Below are positions 37,273 through 40,982 of a DNA stretch of 40,982 nt, one piece after another (within the stretch, counting starts at the first letter, position 1; every line of letters starts with the position of its first letter). This DNA is from Bacilli bacterium (GTDB taxonomy: Bacteria > Bacillota_I > Bacilli_A > RFN20 > CAG-826): positions 1-40,982 of the forward strand of contig JAXERM010000047.1 in the NCBI GenBank assembly GCA_034116505.1, given 5' to 3'. The notes under the pieces are model-generated. The model saw nothing but the letters and a program-made list of their open reading frames with translations, did no database searches and had not been told where the DNA came from. A program made the position numbers and the translations under genes.

Positions 37273-37348
37273 GTTTATCACCTGCGCTTTTTTGTTTCAG
37301 AAGAGATTATAAAGTTGCTTAATTAGCAAGTGATTGAAATCCCAGACA

Positions 37349-37373
37349 TAAGAAAAGACCTCAATATAGGTCT
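37349..37373 (-). terminator. Terminator-like hairpin in the ORF-poor region
   Basis: AGACCT-caatat-AGGTCT (37356-37373) is followed on the minus strand by TTTCTTA. It is orphan, with no intact upstream gene. Confidence 0.35.
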
Positions 37374-37463
37374 AATCTATGTTGCATAAATCATTTTCTC
37401 ATTGTTTCGAGTACCGCTATCATTGATATCACAATTGTTTTCAACAAAAGTTTCATCTCATAA

Positions 37464-37676
37464 TGATATGAGACTATTACTTATACCAATATCAACGTTA
37501 TTCCAATTGATGATCTATTGCCTTATTCAGATGCCTCTAAAAGATTCAAAATCGAGATTGATGGTTGAAGTTCACCGGCATCCACCGCAATGAAGAATTG
37601 AACCATAAAAGCAAAAACCCAAGCGTTCATTGATGACTTGCTTCCATATTCAAAAGAAGTTCAAAAGATGATGTAA
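37464..37676 (+). pseudogene. Relic 3-prime end of a plus-strand gene; the frame is open except for three TGA codons
   Basis: (TGA)YETITYTNINVIPIDDLLPYSDASKRFKIEIDG(TGA)SSPASTAMKN(TGA)TIKAKTQAFIDDLLPYSKEVQKMM-TAA. A terminator lies 30 nt downstream. There is no start codon and no family assignment. Confidence 0.3.
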
Positions 37677-37704
37677 TCCGCTTTTTGCCACCATATCGGA
37701 ATTT

Positions 37705-37733
37705 AACCGACGACATCCCATGTGTCGGTTTTT
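37705..37733 (+). terminator. Rho-independent terminator retained behind the relic ORF
   Basis: AACCGAC(G)ACA-tccca-TGTGTCGGTT forms 10 bp with one bulge, followed by TTT. Confidence 0.5.
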
Positions 37734-37872
37734 AAATGTCTAGGTATTATTTAACGACGTTTACATCGGTTCGAACCAAGATTGACGAAGAACAATGCAA
37801 AAATAGGCACTAAAGCAACAAAAAAGGCTTGAAACCATTATTTTTCTTGGCATCAAACCCATTCATTCAACA

Positions 37873-37948
37873 TGGTGGACCAAATCGGGATCGAACCGAC
37901 GACCTCATCGTTGCGAACGATGCGCTCTCCCAACTGAGCTATTGGCCC
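37873..37948 (-). tRNA. tRNA-Ala (anticodon CGC), 76 nt with encoded CCA
   Basis: The minus strand reads GGGCCAATAGCTCAGTTGGGAGAGCGCATCGTTCGCAACGATGAGGTCGTCGGTTCGATCCCGATTTGGTCCACCA and folds as a cloverleaf by hand. It has the G3-U70 Ala identity pair, anticodon loop TTCGCAA and T-loop GGTTCGATCC. A possible -10 (TATCAT, 37963..37958) lies 9 nt upstream. Confidence 0.92.
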
Positions 37949-37984
37949 GTGCACTTAATGATATACCTTTTTTGATATGATTAA

Positions 37985-38021
37985 AAGATAAAAAATACCC
38001 GACTTATGATTTAAGCCGGGT
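37985..38021 (-). terminator. Rho-independent terminator of eno
   Basis: The hairpin at 37997-38021 (ACCCGACTTA / TAAGCCGGGT, one A-C mismatch) is followed on the minus strand by ATTTTTTATCTT. Confidence 0.65.
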
Positions 38022-38040
38022 AATTGAATTATTAGATTAA

Positions 38041-39360
<1,320 letters not shown>

Positions 39361-39373
39361 TTAGACCGTCTTT

Positions 39374-39403
39374 ATTTTAGATAAAGATATATATCGTTGT
39401 CAA
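39374..39403 (-). promoter_or_regulatory. Candidate eno promoter
   Basis: The minus strand reads TTGACA (39403..39398), an 18-nt spacer, then TAAAAT (39379..39374). Confidence 0.4.
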
Positions 39404-39460
39404 GCAAACGCAACCCATCGTGAATACTATTTTTTAAAAAAATATGTTAAATTATCTTTC

Positions 39461-40282
39461 ATGGATATGAAGTTAATTAGCAATTATCATACACATACTT
39501 ATAGATGTGGTCATGCAGTAGGGGAAGATGAAGAATATGTCCTTGCCGCAATATCAAAAGGAATAAAAATATTAGGTTTTTCTGATCACATTAGTTTTCC
39601 TGGTTATTCTTTTAAAGGGATTAGGCAAGATCGAAACGAACTATTCGATTACACAAATAGCATTTTGAATTTAAAAGAAAAATATAAAGACCAAATTGAA
39701 ATTCATATTGGTTTTGAAGCGGAATATATCAAAGAATTTGTGGATGATTATCGTCTTTTATTAAAAGATGGCGGCATTGAATATTTAATTTTAGGTCAAC
39801 ATTGTCAAATTGTGGATGTAAAACAAGCTTGGTACAACTCTCATCATCATTCAGAAGAATATTTAACTAAATATATCGATGATGTAATTGAAGGTATTAA
39901 AACTGGATTATTTTCTTATATTGCTCATCCAGATCATTTTATGAATGGATATCGTGTTTGGGATGAATTTGCCATCAAAGAAACACATCGCTTATTAAAA
40001 GTGGTGGAACGCTATCAAATCCCTTTAGAAATTAATGTTGCGGGAATCCGTTTTGCAGAACATAAACATCGAAAAAATAAAGATGGTAGACCAATAGAAA
40101 ACCTATATCCATTTCTCCCATTTTGGGAATTAGTGAGTCAATATAATATTAAAGGAATCATTGGAGTGGACGCTCATTCGCCTAACGATTTTCTCGATGG
40201 TGTGGAGTTAGAGGCTATCGCGTTTGCTAAACAATTAAATATTCCTTTAATTGACCATCTAGATTTTAAGAAAATACAGTAA
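39461..40282 (+). CDS. PHP-domain phosphatase, histidinol-phosphatase (HisJ/HisK) family
   Basis: NYHTHTYRCGHA, GFSDH, and IAHPDH metal-binding motifs. 273 aa. No clear SD; the start could be ATG 39467. Confidence 0.85.
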   Translation: MDMKLISNYHTHTYRCGHAVGEDEEYVLAAISKGIKILGFSDHISFPGYSFKGIRQDRNELFDYTNSILNLKEKYKDQIEIHIGFEAEYIKEFVDDYRLLLKDGGIEYLILGQHCQIVDVKQAWYNSHHHSEEYLTKYIDDVIEGIKTGLFSYIAHPDHFMNGYRVWDEFAIKETHRLLKVVERYQIPLEINVAGIRFAEHKHRKNKDGRPIENLYPFLPFWELVSQYNIKGIIGVDAHSPNDFLDGVELEAIAFAKQLNIPLIDHLDFKKIQ

Positions 40283-40363
40283 AATTTTTAATGCAATAAA
40301 AGAAAAATGAAACTTTGCCAATTCGCGTTTGCATTTTTTCTTTATATTCTATAAAGTAAGGTT

Positions 40364-40982
40364 ATGTACGATTTGGAAAAAGAAAAACAAATCATTGGTA
40401 TTCTTCGCAACAAGCAATTCGATAATGTTGCTAATCTCGCAAACGCACTTTATGTGTCAGAATCTACTTTAAGAAGAATGCTCGTTAAGATGGAACAGAA
40501 AGGAATTATCACACGTACTTATGGTGGTGTCTATCTTAAGAGTGAAAGTGAAACTGAACATCTTTCAGTGGAGTTAAGGGAAAAGCAAAATTTAGTCGAA
40601 AAGAAAGCACTAGTAAAAAAAGCGATTGAATTTATTGAAAACGATACCGCAATTTTTATTGATTCATCCACAACTTGTTTGCAGATTGCCCCCCTACTCA
40701 ATGATTTCAAAAACTTGACCATCATTACAAACGGTCTCAACTTAGCTTATGAATTGATGTTAAAAACACAGCATAAGATTATGGTTGTTGGTGGGAACAT
40801 TCAATTCCATACGAACGCCATTGTGGGCACTTTAGCAGAAAAAATGATGAGTGATGTCCATGTCTCTTTAGCGATTTTCTCCACTTCCGAAATGGATGCG
40901 GAATTCGGTTTCTCTGAAAAAAGCGCAGAACAGGCATCGTTTAAAAATTTAATGGTGCATAACGCTGCTAGATCTTTATATC
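40364..40982 (+). CDS. DeoR-family transcriptional regulator (5-prime partial; continues past the right edge)
   Basis: Not in the ORF track. Manual translation from ATG 40364 (after TAAGG): MYDLEKEKQIIGILRNKQFDNVANLANALYVSESTLRRMLVKMEQKGIITRTYGGVYL...FIDSSTTCLQIAPLL...IITNGLNLAYEL. This is the DeoR HTH plus the DeoR C-terminal sensor fold. Confidence 0.85.
   Translation, partial: MYDLEKEKQIIGILRNKQFDNVANLANALYVSESTLRRMLVKMEQKGIITRTYGGVYLKSESETEHLSVELREKQNLVEKKALVKKAIEFIENDTAIFIDSSTTCLQIAPLLNDFKNLTIITNGLNLAYELMLKTQHKIMVVGGNIQFHTNAIVGTLAEKMMSDVHVSLAIFSTSEMDAEFGFSEKSAEQASFKNLMVHNAARSLY

Noticed and set aside
37705-37777. tRNA-like fragments near the tRNA-Ala gene: AACCGACGAC-n-TC (37705-37718) matches the tRNA variable/T-stem region, ATCGGTTCGAACC (37765-37777) resembles its T-arm, and AAATCGAGATTG (37548-37559) resembles its 3-prime part. 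These were considered as att-site direct repeats.
   Set aside because: The matches are short (10-13 nt), scattered, not collinear with the tRNA and within chance expectation for a 4-kb search. The first is simply one arm of a terminator hairpin. They are not adequate evidence of an integration scar.

Overview
Visibly AT-rich, gene-dense chromosomal window from a low-GC monoderm or wall-less bacterium. It looks Firmicutes/Mollicutes-like (Acholeplasma- or Erysipelotrichia-type), but that is inference only. TGA is a stop codon here: RF2 is present with its classical +1 programmed frameshift. Layout: (i) 1-15.6 kb is housekeeping with Firmicute-like synteny: recR-ybaB-dnaX on the minus strand, then prfA-prmC-rpiB, comFA-comFC-secA-prfB-yitT-uvrB, secG, a multi-pass membrane protein and an M29 aminopeptidase. 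(ii) 15.8-28.9 kb is a one-strand starch/maltodextrin locus. It holds an orphan lipoprotein with a carbohydrate-binding-like C-terminus, a lipoprotein GH13 alpha-amylase, a lipoprotein type I pullulanase and a MalEFG-type ABC importer. The importer ATPase carries a ~250-aa C-terminal extension and MalG has a ~110-aa N-terminal extension. Two uncharacterised membrane proteins are interleaved. (iii) 29-34 kb holds a Y-family polymerase/YolD pair, RmuC translationally coupled to an alkaline-phosphatase-superfamily protein, and ruvX-gpx. (iv) 34-37.9 kb is a small accessory islet beside a solitary tRNA-Ala(CGC). It contains a Phd antitoxin with a ParE toxin covalently fused to a complete GNAT acetyltransferase, an ArsB/NhaD-type permease, and about 1 kb of ORF-poor DNA with gene relics. 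(v) 38-41 kb holds enolase, a PHP-family phosphatase and a partial DeoR regulator. I saw no CRISPR array, rRNA, transposase or integrase. The most unusual item is the Phd / ParE-GNAT fusion module. Next come the decorated maltodextrin transporter with its orphan lipoprotein, and the relic region by the tRNA. All functional calls rest on motif recognition by eye; no database search was possible.
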